Part shown: positions 53,056 through 64,000 of the stretch, piece after piece
Numbering within the stretch: the first letter of the stretch is position 1
How the letters are laid out: each line of letters begins with the position of its first letter
Source of the DNA: Styela clava
Taxonomy: Eukaryota
Assembly: GCF_964204865.1 (NCBI RefSeq)
Contig: NC_135261.1
Span: forward strand, 12,896,001-12,960,000
Length of the DNA stretch: 64,000 nucleotides
Reading direction: 5' to 3'
Program-made: the position numbers and the translations under genes
The notes under the pieces: generated by a model
Told to the model about the DNA's origin: nothing
Seen by the model: the letters and a program-made list of their open reading frames with translations, nothing else
The model's database searches: none

Positions 53056-56000
53056 TCACATCATGATTGACCAATGTATGAGATCATCCATATGTTCATA
53101 CAATAGTAAATCATTTCTTTCACTTGTTTTCATTAAATTTAAAACTCCTATCAGTTTACATTTGAATATTGAGCGCATACTACTTTTACTTTTAACTATT
53201 TCATCATATTTTACTGAATTTCTATATTCCCAAATTGTTGATTTTCCGCATATTATTGTGATTAATTTAGATTTGCATTCCGAATCATTTGCTAAAATAG
53301 TAATTCGATTATTTTCTACGCAGCACCATTGCCAGAAATCAACAGCCCATTGACATTCCAAAAATAAATGACATAAAGTCTCTTCAATATTACATTCACA
53401 CATAACACATATACCTGGTTCATTCATGAACCAGTGTTTTATTTTATCCCCTGTTGGCAGTCCATTATGAATAACCTTCCAACACAACTCCTTATACTTA
53501 TTTCCTATGTTAATTTTCCATATTTTGTTCCAATTAATGGACTTGGTTAGTTGAAATTTATTCATGATATATTCATTGTGATTATTCAAAAATGCACTGT
53601 TTTTCTTTCTTTGCAAAAGCTTATAAATTTGTTTAGTGGATAAGTCTTTCGACCCATTGTACCTATTGATAAGTAACCTCGTTGGACTATTTTCTCTATT
53701 TCTTGATAGGATTTCTCTCCATTCTATCGGAAGAGCTTCCCATACTTGCCTTAACTCATTTGAACACTTATTTAGTAAACTATTTCTCCTAAACGTATTC
53801 ATTGTATTATTTTGTATTTGCGGATAAATTCTTTTGGATAGGCTATCAAACGTTTTGTCAAGTATATCACCAATTGTTTTTATTTTTGCTTGGACCCAAC
53901 TTAATTTTGCAGTTAGTTCAGTTTTATTCCTATCTAAGATTAATGGATTGTGCCAAATAATTTCCTGCGATATTTCTGCATAGTTTTGTGGTTGATTCCA
54001 TTCTAAGCTAATTTGTTTGAATGAATTAATAATACTGGTATAAAATTTTGGAATAGTTATATTAGTTTCCAATTTAAAATTCAAATGTAAACATTCTAAA
54101 TTTCCTTTTGATAGCACTTCAAAATACTTATTCACATAAAATTTTGCTCTATTAGCCCACGGACTCATGGCCCCCTCAAGCAATTTTAAAATCCATTTTA
54201 CTTGCAATGCCTTAATTTGATTCCTAACATTCATCATTTTTATACCCCCTTCATTTTGTTCACTACAACTGATATTCCTACTGACCATTTGCGCTTTTTC
54301 ATTCCAAATAAATTTCCAAATAATTACTTCCAATTTCTGAATATATTTTTCTGGCATAAATTCAAAACTGACCATGTACCATAATTTTGATAGTAGCAAT
54401 GTTTTAGCTATAAGAACTCTTCCAACAATAGTTAGATTACGTCCTTTCCAAAGATTTATAATTTTTTGTATTTTTGCCAAAATGTTCAACCAGTTTTTAT
54501 CTCTAGACTTATAGGTATTTCCAATATATACCCCTAATAATTTAATTTCCTCACGTTTTACAGTTATACCCTTATAGGTTTCATTCAACGGCCAACTTCG
54601 AGCAGTTCCACATATCAGTAGTGTACATTTGTTATTATTTATTTTAAGACCAGTCCCACGTTGGAATAATCCCATTAATTTTAACACTGAATCCACAGAT
54701 GACAATGACTCAAGGGTTAGTGTTATGTCATCTGCAAATCCTTTATAAACTTCTCTTTCATTTATGCAGTTCTTAAATCCAATTATTTCTCTATTCTTTT
54801 TGATATTTGATGATATTAATTCTGAAATGAATAAATATAACAATGGAGAAAGGGGGCAGCCCTGCCTCACACCTCTTTGCATCCAAATTTTTTCTGTCAA
54901 ATATCCATTCACATTTATTTTTGAAGAAGCATTTTTATACAAAGTAATTATCCAATTTATGAGGTTTTTTCCAAATCCAGATTTTTTTAATAATTTAAGT
55001 AGTATATTTCTGTCTGTCATATCATACGCTTTTTGTTGATCTATTAACAAAACAATTAATGGTAAATTTTCCTTATTTGCCCAAAATATGTCATCTCGAA
55101 TGGAAATAAGATTTTCGTGAATTGATCTCCCTGGAACAAATGCAGTTTGATTGATGTCGATTATGTCTGGTAGTATACTTTTTATTCTGTTTGCAATTAT
55201 TTTAGCTATCAATTTATAATCAAAATTAAGGAGAGTGATAGGCCGCCAATTTTTTATATCTTCCTTTTCTCCATTCTTATATATCAAGGTTATGACTCCT
55301 GTTATTGTATCTTGGGGCATTTCTTTCATTTTGTGGTAGCTTTTACATAACAGTAGTAAAATTGGTTTTAATTTGGTCCAAAATCTAGAATAAAATTCTT
55401 TCGTTAGACCATCTAAACCAGGAGCTTTATTTAATTTGAGTTCTGTCATGGCTTGTTCAATTTCATCATCCGTTATATCATTTTCCATATAATCTTTCTG
55501 TTCATTTGTTATTTGTTTATCATAATTATTAATCAACGTTTCCTGTATATTAATATCTATTCCAGTATCCTTGCTATATAACTTACTATAATAATTAACA
55601 ATTTCACACTATATTTCACTTAATTCATGGATAACATTCCCATCATTTTTTCTTAGCGATTTGATCATTTTAGTTTTAGCTCTAATTTTTTCAAGATTAA
55701 AAAAATATTTAGATGATTTCTCTCCTTCCTCTGCCCATTTAATTCTAGACCGAATTATTGACCCCCTTGTTTTTTGTTTAATGTATTGTTTAATTTCTGC
55801 TTCTGTGTCCCGCAATTTGGTTTTGGTTTCTTCATCTTCAGCATATATTTCTATTTCTTGTAAACACTCCCTATATTGAATCATTAATAATCTTTCTTTT
55901 TTGTTTTCTTCATCTTTTTTTTTTTTGGAACAATAAATAGCCCATTTTTTTATTTTCCTTTTGCAATTATCCCAGTAATGTCCTCTTTCAGTTTCATCCA

Positions 56001-56883
56001 GATTTTTGATATCAAAATGCCATTTTTTTAATATAGCTTTTATACCTTGACAAAAATAGTCATAATCATTTAATTGGGAGTTATATTTCCAGTACCCTGG
56101 TCCCTGTTTTAAACCATTCATTGAAGATATTTTGAGATATACCGGATGATGATCAGACATGACAGTTTCTTGAATTTCAATCCTACTGACGTTGAGCGTT
56201 TGGCATTGCGAAATATACCACCGATCTAATCGACTCTTAGAGTTTAAATTTTGCATATTGTTGCTTTTTTGTATCCAAGTATATTGTTTTTTGTTTTCAT
56301 TGACTAGTCTCCATGTATCTACTAAACCTAATGTTGTAATAAATTCATTCAATTTTTTAACACTATTATCCTCTTTGTATCTTATATTGGGGTATTTATC
56401 GATTTTGTTCAAAACGCAGTTGAAATCTCCTCCAACATATATCCTACATTGGGAATTTGCGTCTTGGTTTATCCCAGTTTCTATTTTGTTTTGTAATGCT
56501 AAAAAGAATTCACTTCTTTCCCTACATCTATTTGGGGCATATATATTTAGTAATGTAAAATGTTCGTCGAAAGACTTCCATCTCACTAAAATATATCGAC
56601 CAAAATCATCTTTCTGTATATCATCAAAATTTGCGTCTATTTTATTTGATAACAATATCCCAACCCCACTAGAAAAATTAGAAAAAGTTGTCCAAATTGC
56701 ATTACCCCCCCATTCTTTTGTCCATTTTTTTGCATCGGTTTCACTGCCACAATGGGTTTCTTGAATAAATGTTATGTTTGCTCCTATATTCCTTACGTAG
56801 TCAAAAATTGATTTGCGTTTTTCAAAATTCCTCATACCATTAACATTATAAGTCAAGAGAGTAATTTGGAAGGTAAAATTCAC
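53056..56883 (-). pseudogene. LINE ORF2: APE endonuclease + reverse transcriptase + C-terminal zinc finger, interrupted by one in-frame TAG at 55609-55611
   Basis: TYNVNG, IQETH, NIYAPN, GGDFN, SRLDR, SDH; WAEEGEKSSKYFF; KAPGLDG, WRPITLLN, GVRQGCPLSP, FADD; CxxC...ETLCHLFLEC. The two track ORFs are in the same frame, 72 nt apart. Confidence 0.92.
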
Positions 56884-56986
56884 GATGTCTGAATGTGGTA
56901 TTACTAATTATTTTACAGCATATTCTAACCCCAAAATTTGCCCCCGCATTCGAAACAGTCTAATAAAAAAATTATAAACGTACTAG

Positions 56987-58604
56987 CTATTCTTCTTGGT
57001 CCATGGAATCATTATACCAGTCTTGTTGTGTGTTTTTATCTGGGTTTTCCTCTATTTCCTGCGGTATGGTATCACAAGGTTCTGGATTTAATTGTGACTC
57101 TTCCACTTGAATTGTCTGTCCAGATTCTTGTGTATTGTCATTTTTTTGTTCTTTCTTTTTTTGTTTAAGTGTTTGAGTAGGACTCTTTTCATGATGTCTT
57201 TTAAGAATATTTCCTTTTCCTGTTCCACAAATATTTATCACTTTATTGATTTGTTCAATTACTTTTGTGACACCCTCTCCTTTTAGATGAATCATGTCTA
57301 CTTCGAAATAGCTGTCGATAACTCGGTCCTCTGATATGCATTCTGGTGGATCTATATATACAACCTTCGCAGCCTCTGATTGTTTTTTAATAATGGCATT
57401 CAGTCTATCACTGCCATCATTCCCCTTGTTCCTTCCATTTTTAGGCACCATACCACACAGATACACATTTTCTGATATTTCTTTCGCTGTTTCAATTAAA
57501 CGATCCAAACATTTTTTTGTATTGTCATATGGTTTTGATGATATTTCATTTGTTCCTGCATAAATAACTACTCCTTGATATTTCTCTTGATGTTTTTTGA
57601 GAGCAATTTCCAAGTTTGCAAACTTCCCTCCCTCTACATGAAGCGTTTTTACTTTGATTAACCTTTGGTTTCATCCTTTTGACTTGTGAATCTCCAATGA
57701 TTAGTATTTCTTTTTTCAGTTCCAAGTTTTTAGATGAAGTACTGGTGTATGGTTCCGCAGTCATGTTTGGCTGTTTTGAAGAATTGGCATTTAGTATTTT
57801 TTGTCTTTTTAGTTCCTCTCCAATCTCTTTTACCACTTCATTGTTATTTTGGCGTAAACTCATTCCATTTGTTGAAGATTGTTGAATTTCCTTTGTGACA
57901 GTTACATTTTCCAGATTTTCCTTGTTTGATATATCTTTCTTTTTTTTCAGACAATCCTTTTCGAGATGCGGCTTCCCTTCACCATTGCAGTATCTGCATT
58001 TTCGTCTTCTTGGACATTGTTCAACGTCATGTTCCACAGAATGACATATATAGCACCAATATTCGAATTTCTTTATGTTTCTTGGTCTAGTTGGGTAGTA
58101 TACACATATTTCTTCGCCTGAATATTTACTTGGCAATCTTATTTTCGGAGGTATTTCATTTCGCAATATCATTTTGCACCTTAAAACCCCATTCTCCACT
58201 CCATCTTCATCCATCATGTGTTTTATTGTTTTGATTTCACCAAAATTTGAAAATAAAGTTGACACTTTTTTATCTGACACTTCATCAGGCATCTTACTTA
58301 TTGTTACGTTAGTAACATTTGAAAAAACTTGTTCAATTTCAGCATTGTATTCTGTTTCATTGTGTTTGTATTTTATTCCATCTGTTATTGCCTTTTGGAA
58401 TGATTCTTCGTTTTTAAATTTTACTCGCCATACTTTATTATTGAGTATGTACATACTCTTTATGGTCTTTTGACCAATTTGGTTATATATTAAATCTTTA
58501 ATCTGTTCTCTTTCAAGCCATCGGCTGTTGTTGAATTTCATATTTACCGTATGCTTCAGTTCCACATAATCATCATCATCGTCGTCGTCTCCTTCGTCAC
58601 TCAT
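56987..58604 (-). pseudogene. LINE ORF1: probable RRM + two CCHC knuckles + SGNH esterase, split by a +1 frameshift near 57660-57675
   Basis: VTISKMPDEVSD...FSNFGEI (RRM-like), CYICHSVEHDVEQC, CRYCNGEGKPHLEKDC, IIGDSQV in frame 1; HVEGG, YAGTNE, DMIH in the shifted frame. Confidence 0.85.
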
Positions 58605-58681
58605 TATTGTACACCACTAACTACAGAACTATATTATAGTATTGGCCTACAATGCAACCTTAATCAAATAGCGAATAACAA

Positions 58682-59417
58682 GGATCTTACTACTTACTGA
58701 ATACAGCGCGAAACACCGCAAAGAGCGCGAAACAGCGAAAATAGCGCGAAACAGCGCAAAACAGAGGAAAACAGCGCGAAACATAAGGAAACCAGCGCAA
58801 AACAGAGGGAAACAGCGCAAAACAGGAGACGCAGTCATTACCACCTCCTGCCACGAAAGAACCACGGCGCCTCTCGCCATGGTTTTATGGCGCTATTTCC
58901 GGTATATTTACAAGGTGGTGTACCGGATTATAGGTTATCATGCAAAATTTTATCTACCTTTTTGGTGCTCCAGAAGTATGTGCAGCAATATGTCGCACAA
59001 CCTCAATCCGCTACACACACACACACACACATACTATTTTCAGGTTGTGCGCCATCTTGGTGCACATACTTCCGGAGGTCCCTTTTTACCTAACCCTAAC
59101 CCTAAAGCCAACCATATCCATATGGAAAATGTTTTAAATTATGGTACCCAAAATGTGTCACCAGCAGGGGCAGACCTGCCATTACAGCATTACTGGCTAC
59201 ATACGTTGGTTTGTGTTTTTAATTTGCTGCCGTGGTACTCCAACCCAAAACAAGGTGCCCTGAACTCATCGCAAAATTTTTTTCTGCTTCACACTGTTTC
59301 CCTCTGTTTGCGCTCTTTCGCGCTGTTTCCCCACTGTTTTGCGCCGTTTCCCTCTGTTTTGCGCTGTTTCGCGCTCTTTGCGGTGTTTCGCGCTGTATTC
59401 AGTAAGTAGTAAGACCG
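58682..59417. mobile_element. Foldback/MULE-like non-autonomous element with long, internally repetitive TIRs
   Basis: >50-bp perfect inverted match tcttactacttactgaatacagcgcgaaacaccgcaaagagcgcgaaacagcg, followed by ~10-11-bp aacagcgc repeats; 9-bp TSD atctaacaa at 52530-52538 (displaced by the LINE) and 59418-59426. Confidence 0.75.
58963..59082. mobile_element. ~120-bp palindromic mini-element with (CA)n, nested in the Foldback-like element; sister copy 28127-28240
   Basis: gaagtatgtgca...cgcacaacct / aggttgtgcg...tgcacatacttc inverted arms. Confidence 0.7.
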
Positions 59418-61200
59418 ATCTAACAATAACTAAACTAATATAAAGTACCGTCAGTTGGTCATGACTGCGATCGCTCATATTTAAGTTGTTAATTTCCGGG
59501 CCGGTGTGGTAATTTCCTAAACCTCTAATCTTGGGCGCATGTATGCACCGTTCGTTATTCAGCTATTGGCTCTAACATAACAATGCAATTGCTACTTTGC
59601 ATTTTATTAGTTTCTCGCCTACAATGCCGTTAAGAAATCAAAATATTCCAGACTTGAAATAAAAACAGAGAAATCTGAAAGTGTCTTAATGTGGTTGAAA
59701 GCTGATCTAAAAATATAAAACTATCAGAGTGGAATTCCCTCCAAACTCTTTGGATCCGGAAAGGAATTTGCCGCATCGTCCTAAGCGTTTTTGGTGATTC
59801 ATATGCGTGTTTTCGTACTCTGATTTCATAAAATTGAGTGAAATAAAAAGTCCCCGATTAAAGTGATGCATAAGTGAAACCCAAAACTACAACAACAGCA
59901 GCTTATAAGATTTGTTTCAGAAGTTTCTCATAGATACAAACATTGATTAAATATCTGTGACCCACTCTCTTCTGTTCCGCGATAAAAATATAATTTTTGA
60001 CCCATTCATTGGAAAAGGTTCGCCATCCCTGGCATATACCAATCTTTTATTCTCGCATGCGGCCACTTTCACATGAAAATTTTTTTTGAAAATTACGGTA
60101 TGGCTGTATGGTACGGTAAATAAAAATCAAGTTCTAATTTGCCTACATTAATAGGTAAAAATAGTCTAGTATCATTATATTTACTAATCCATTTTGCATA
60201 TCGCAAAATCAGAAAATACGATGTCGTATCGTTTGGTTGTTCCTAAAATTTGCATATTACAGGTGAGAATTCTATTGCAGTGCATAGACTGATAGAGCAT
60301 TAGATAAGATAAGATTTTATTTCGATTCATTCGCAAAAACAAAATAAACATATATACACAAAAGATTAAGACGAAGAATCTGGAAATTAGAAAGTATTTC
60401 TTTATTTACCCACCCATCAACGTACATGTATGCACGTGCAGGCGTACAGAAACACTTTCTGTAGGTAACTACCTAAATCATCTACCGGTATCATATTTTG
60501 TGCGAGTATCAGAGCATTGCAAACTTGTTGACCGCTCTGTTTATCTGAAGCCGACACTGCAGCACCGCGAAACCTGCAAGGCTGGATTATCAATTTGAAC
60601 TTCTGAACTCTCGATCTGCCGTTAAGTTGTCATGATAGTTCACCGATCGACTTGTGCAGAAAATGGGACATCACGGGGAGCGTAAACAAGTGGCTGAATG
60701 TTTGGTGTGTTTCCTTTTCTTGAAGTCAGAATGTTCACAGTCTGTTATCATATCTGTAAAATAAAAAAAATTAATGCACAACAGTTTATGTATTTTGCTA
60801 GACGTTTGTCGCGTCGTGTTAAGCGTCTCTGATTACAGTACACACGTTCGAAGCCCTATGGGAAAGAATCCCTTGCCCCCTCGCTCGCCGTTGATCCCTG
60901 TCTCACGGAATACTCAGAAGAAGTCCCCGGACCAGCAGTGTTCCGTGAAACACAGTTTGAGAAACGCTGGTCTACAACCGTATGTTAGTCGTTGTCTACA
61001 AACCATGAACAATTTTATTCTTTTAAAGAATAAAAAAGCACAGGCAAGTGCGACGCATAGATCGAGAAATTGGAAAGGTTTATTGGACACGTAGTGGACA
61101 TAGCGATCAACATTATGTTGTTGTTGTTCTTATTGTTGTTCTTAGTGTCCTTGCTCTTTGACATGTTTTGAGGAAATCGCTTTTCTCTTCGAATGGACCT

Positions 61201-61331
61201 TTCCCCGAGCATCGACTTCCTTGTTTACATCGTGACATTGGCCAATCAGCAAAATGCAAAAAGTGACGTAACAAAGCTCACTTTTCGCATCCGCTCAGAC
61301 ACTGTTTTCACTCAGACAGATTTTCAAGCGT
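61201..61331. repeat. ~131-bp direct repeat, copy 1 (contains CCAAT box and CRE-like TGACGTAA)
   Basis: Nearly identical to 62863-62993. Confidence 0.85.
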
Positions 61332-62011
61332 GGTAGTAAACATTACCTCGTTTTCGCGTTTTTGAACTCTATTCGTTAGTTTTCAGTTGTGTTTCGGAAA
61401 CCTAAATATAAATCAGATAATTCAATGATCATTCTGCCTTCTTAGGAGTTTTGATTTAATTGCAGTATAAAAAATAAGTGAAGAAACAGCTGCGATAGAC
61501 TAGGCTAAAATTCCTCACCGGTACTTTTAAAAATCAGATTGTTGTATGTGATGAATCATAAAGATGGTTTGAAACACATACCCCATTTTACAGGCGCCAA
61601 CTCGCAAAAGCACTCGTAAAATAGCCCCGAAAATTTTGCAATGGTAAAGTATAGGAAGAATTTTTCGGTGGTCAAAGGTCGGAGAAAGGTCCATACTGGA
61701 CCAATTGCTTTGACATTTTCAGTGGTTGAAGATAAAATTTTTCTTTAGAAGGCTATTACCTTTTTTTTTGCTATGACGTCATCAAAATTATTCCCACTGG
61801 GTGGCGCTACGTGTCTATATATTTGAGCATAGCTCTCTTGTTTAGAACAAGTGCTGAAACCAGCCAGTGCCTATGCCGAAATGCGAATGCCAATTGCCGT
61901 TTTGCCTAGTACACAAAGAAAGCTGAAAACTAAACAACAAACAGAAAAACTCGAAAACAGGTTTCGTGCGTTACTTCTTGTGTAGCCCAATGAGCATATA
62001 ATATGCAAAAC

Positions 62012-62242
62012 GAGATTCCCAAAGACTGTGAACTAAGATGGCGGACACCGGAACTTTGTATTTGTACCAGGTTAGAGTTAGGCCATAATTTTATGTACAA
62101 ATACTACAGGAGTCACTTGGCTAGTCCCCAAACCAGTAAAGAACGAAAATAAGGAAAAGTTAAATGAATTTATGCCTTAACCGTAACCTGGTACACATAC
62201 TACGTTCCGGTGTCCACCATCTTGGTTCACGTCGGGAGTACC
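62012..62242. mobile_element. Palindromic MITE-like element
   Basis: gtgaactaagatggcggacaccggaac...tgtaccaggtta / taacctggtaca...gttccggtgtccaccatcttggttcac inverted arms. Confidence 0.7.
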
Positions 62243-62286
62243 ATATTTTCAGTGATAATCCTGAGCAGGATTAGTATCGGTATTTG

Positions 62287-62602
62287 AATTTAAACGTTTA
62301 ACGACTGGTGATTTTTAAAAGTATTGAAGTTACGGTGAAATGTAATTTAAATGTTTCACGACTGGCGCTTTTTGACAGTATTGAAGTTACGGTAAAAAGC
62401 AATTTAAACATTAACGGCTGATGCTTTTTAACAGTATTGAGTTACGGCGCAATGCAACTTAAACGTTTGACGACTGGCGCTTTTAAACAGTATTGAAGTT
62501 ACGATGAAATGCTATTTAACGGCTGATGCTTTTTAAGAGATTTGAAGTTACGGCGAAATGCTATATAAACGTTAAACAACTCCCGTTTTTATTTTAACAG
62601 TA
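62287..62602. repeat. Minisatellite, ~56-57-bp unit x5-6
   Basis: agtattgaagttacgg..aaatg.aatttaaacgttt.acgactgg.gcttttt.ac repeated. Confidence 0.85.
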
Positions 62603-62862
62603 CCTCATTACTTTCAAGACTCAATCAAATAAAATGGAAGTAACTCGGGGACCGGCGTCCTAATTGATACTCTTTTGAACGGAACAAAAAAACAACGTGG
62701 GGAACGAACATCTGAACTATCGAATCACGTCGCGGGGAAAATAAAATAAAGACATTCTACACTAGTGGTTCCCAAAGTTGATTGACTGCGGTCCAAAATT
62801 AGAAGCTGAAGGTTATTCGCGGAATCGCGGGACAGGAGAGGGGAGCTCCCGCAATGGATCTT

Positions 62863-62993
62863 TTCCCAAGCATCGACTTCCTTGCTTTCCTTCGTGACAT
62901 TGGCCAATCAGCAAGATGCAAAAAGTGACGTAACAATGCCCCATTTTTGCATCTGCTCAGACACTTTTCTCACTCAGACAGATTTTCAAGCGT
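62863..62993. repeat. ~131-bp direct repeat, copy 2
   Basis: Nearly identical to 61201-61331. Confidence 0.85.
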
Positions 62994-64000
62994 TCAAACT
63001 TACATGGCCTAGGGATTTGTTCAAAAATAATTGTTTTAAAACAATTGTTTTAAATCAAGTTTTTTTGCCTGTTTTGTTCAAAATGGTTGTACTATTTGTT
63101 TTTTTTGTATTAAATAGGTTGAAGAAATATGGATGTAAAAACTTGCCAAGCGCTTCTTGTAAGTTCGAAAATTGGCATTCCCTAAAGTGAAACTACAAAT
63201 GGAAAATTCCAGATGTCCACACATGTTGCAATCGACTCTCGCTGGACAAGTCTTGCCTTGCTCTCATGTGACTTGCTGCCGTGTTTTGACGGTAGTTGTT
63301 GCGTATTTATTCGCAAAGATTGCTTTTTGTGTGTACATTAGTTACGATTAAGGTCCGATTGTAAGAATAATTAATTACCCGTTTTTAGGCTTATGTTATT
63401 GGAGCATATAACTGCTGTAACTTTTATTGTAGAATTTTAAGTAAGCTAGAGATAAACTATAATTTGCTTGATTCCTGAACTGAAATTGAAGAAGCTATTT
63501 CTATATATTCTGAAGTTAAATTTGTTATTGCCTGGCTCAAAACGTTTCGGTAAGATTGTAATTTTTGTTCTACATTATGGTTATGGTAATATTTCCTCAT
63601 TCTGTCATAGTGCTGTATTGGTCTGATATTAATTTGTGATCAACATTCCTTGTTAGTGTCTGAATAATATTTACTTCAATTGATAATTTAAGATTGCAAG
63701 TGCTTCAATGCATTATTGTTTTACATGATCTGTATTTGAATATCTTTATTTAAATTCAGAAAACCGCAACATTTGGATCATTCGCAACACATCATTACGC
63801 TACATTCGCATCACTACTATTGCTACACCTCTTTAACCTAAGCATAAATTAACGGAACAGTATTAACCGTAACAATGACTTCATTTTATGAGAAAATGTC
63901 AATACATGACCTCGAAATCCATATTATGGCGTCATAACAGATTAGTTGTGGCGTCTTTGCATCAGAGGAATCTTACAATTAACATAGGCTAGGCTAGGGT

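Larger units (their letters stand above)
52544..58675 (-). mobile_element. Near full-length Tx1/L1-clade non-LTR retrotransposon
   Basis: 34-nt polyA (T run 52544-52577), AATAAA at 52621-52626, 13-bp TSD taacaaggatctt (52533-52545, 58676-58688), ORF1 and ORF2 present. Confidence 0.93.
52410..60031. mobile_element. hAT-type MITE (~0.73 kb of its own sequence) split by nested insertions
   Basis: Perfect 15-bp TIR cagggatggcgaacc (52410-52424) / ggttcgccatccctg (60017-60031); 8-bp TSD gcatagac/gcatatac (7/8). Confidence 0.8.

Noticed and set aside
53042-58473. Plus-strand ORFs antisense to the LINE (e.g. 56192-56764)
   Set aside because: Shadow ORFs of the coding strand with no recognisable domains
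58689-58880. GC-rich repeats as the LINE 5'UTR promoter
   Set aside because: They lie outside the LINE TSD (58676-58688) and have an inverted partner at ~59295-59414
58647-59478. ORFs of 77-176 aa with Arg/Cys/Phe/Ala repeats
   Set aside because: They are translations of the repetitive TIRs of the Foldback-like element
62287-62602. CRISPR-like periodic array
   Set aside because: The whole ~57-bp unit is repeated with no unique spacers, the context is eukaryotic and there are no cas genes: a minisatellite

Overview
AT-rich, intron-dense metazoan genomic DNA; the compact gene packing and gene set are consistent with an ascidian/tunicate (inference, not proven). Gene models were rebuilt by hand from GT/GC-AG junctions and reading-frame continuity. 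They are RPL41 (+, 2 coding exons, absent from the ORF track), cytosolic methionyl-tRNA synthetase MARS1 (-, 22 exons, 902 aa), an unrecognised 4-exon 90-aa gene (-), an intronless RPL37A/eL43 that has lost 3 of 4 zinc-ligand cysteines (-), TSR1 (+, 17 exons, first intron GC-AG), and a same-strand run STXBP6/amisyn - ADPRM - AMN1 - PEX12 (-). At 52.4-60.0 kb there is a four-level transposon nest. A hAT-type MITE contains a Foldback/MULE-like element, which itself contains a mini palindromic element. At the left terminus of the Foldback-like element a ~6.1 kb Tx1/L1-clade LINE has inserted (13-bp TSD, 34-nt polyA). The LINE's ORF1 combines a probable RRM and CCHC knuckles with an SGNH esterase domain. 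Many tRNA-derived SINEs and MITEs with verifiable TSDs are scattered through the introns. Most entries in the ORF track are spurious or are exon fragments.
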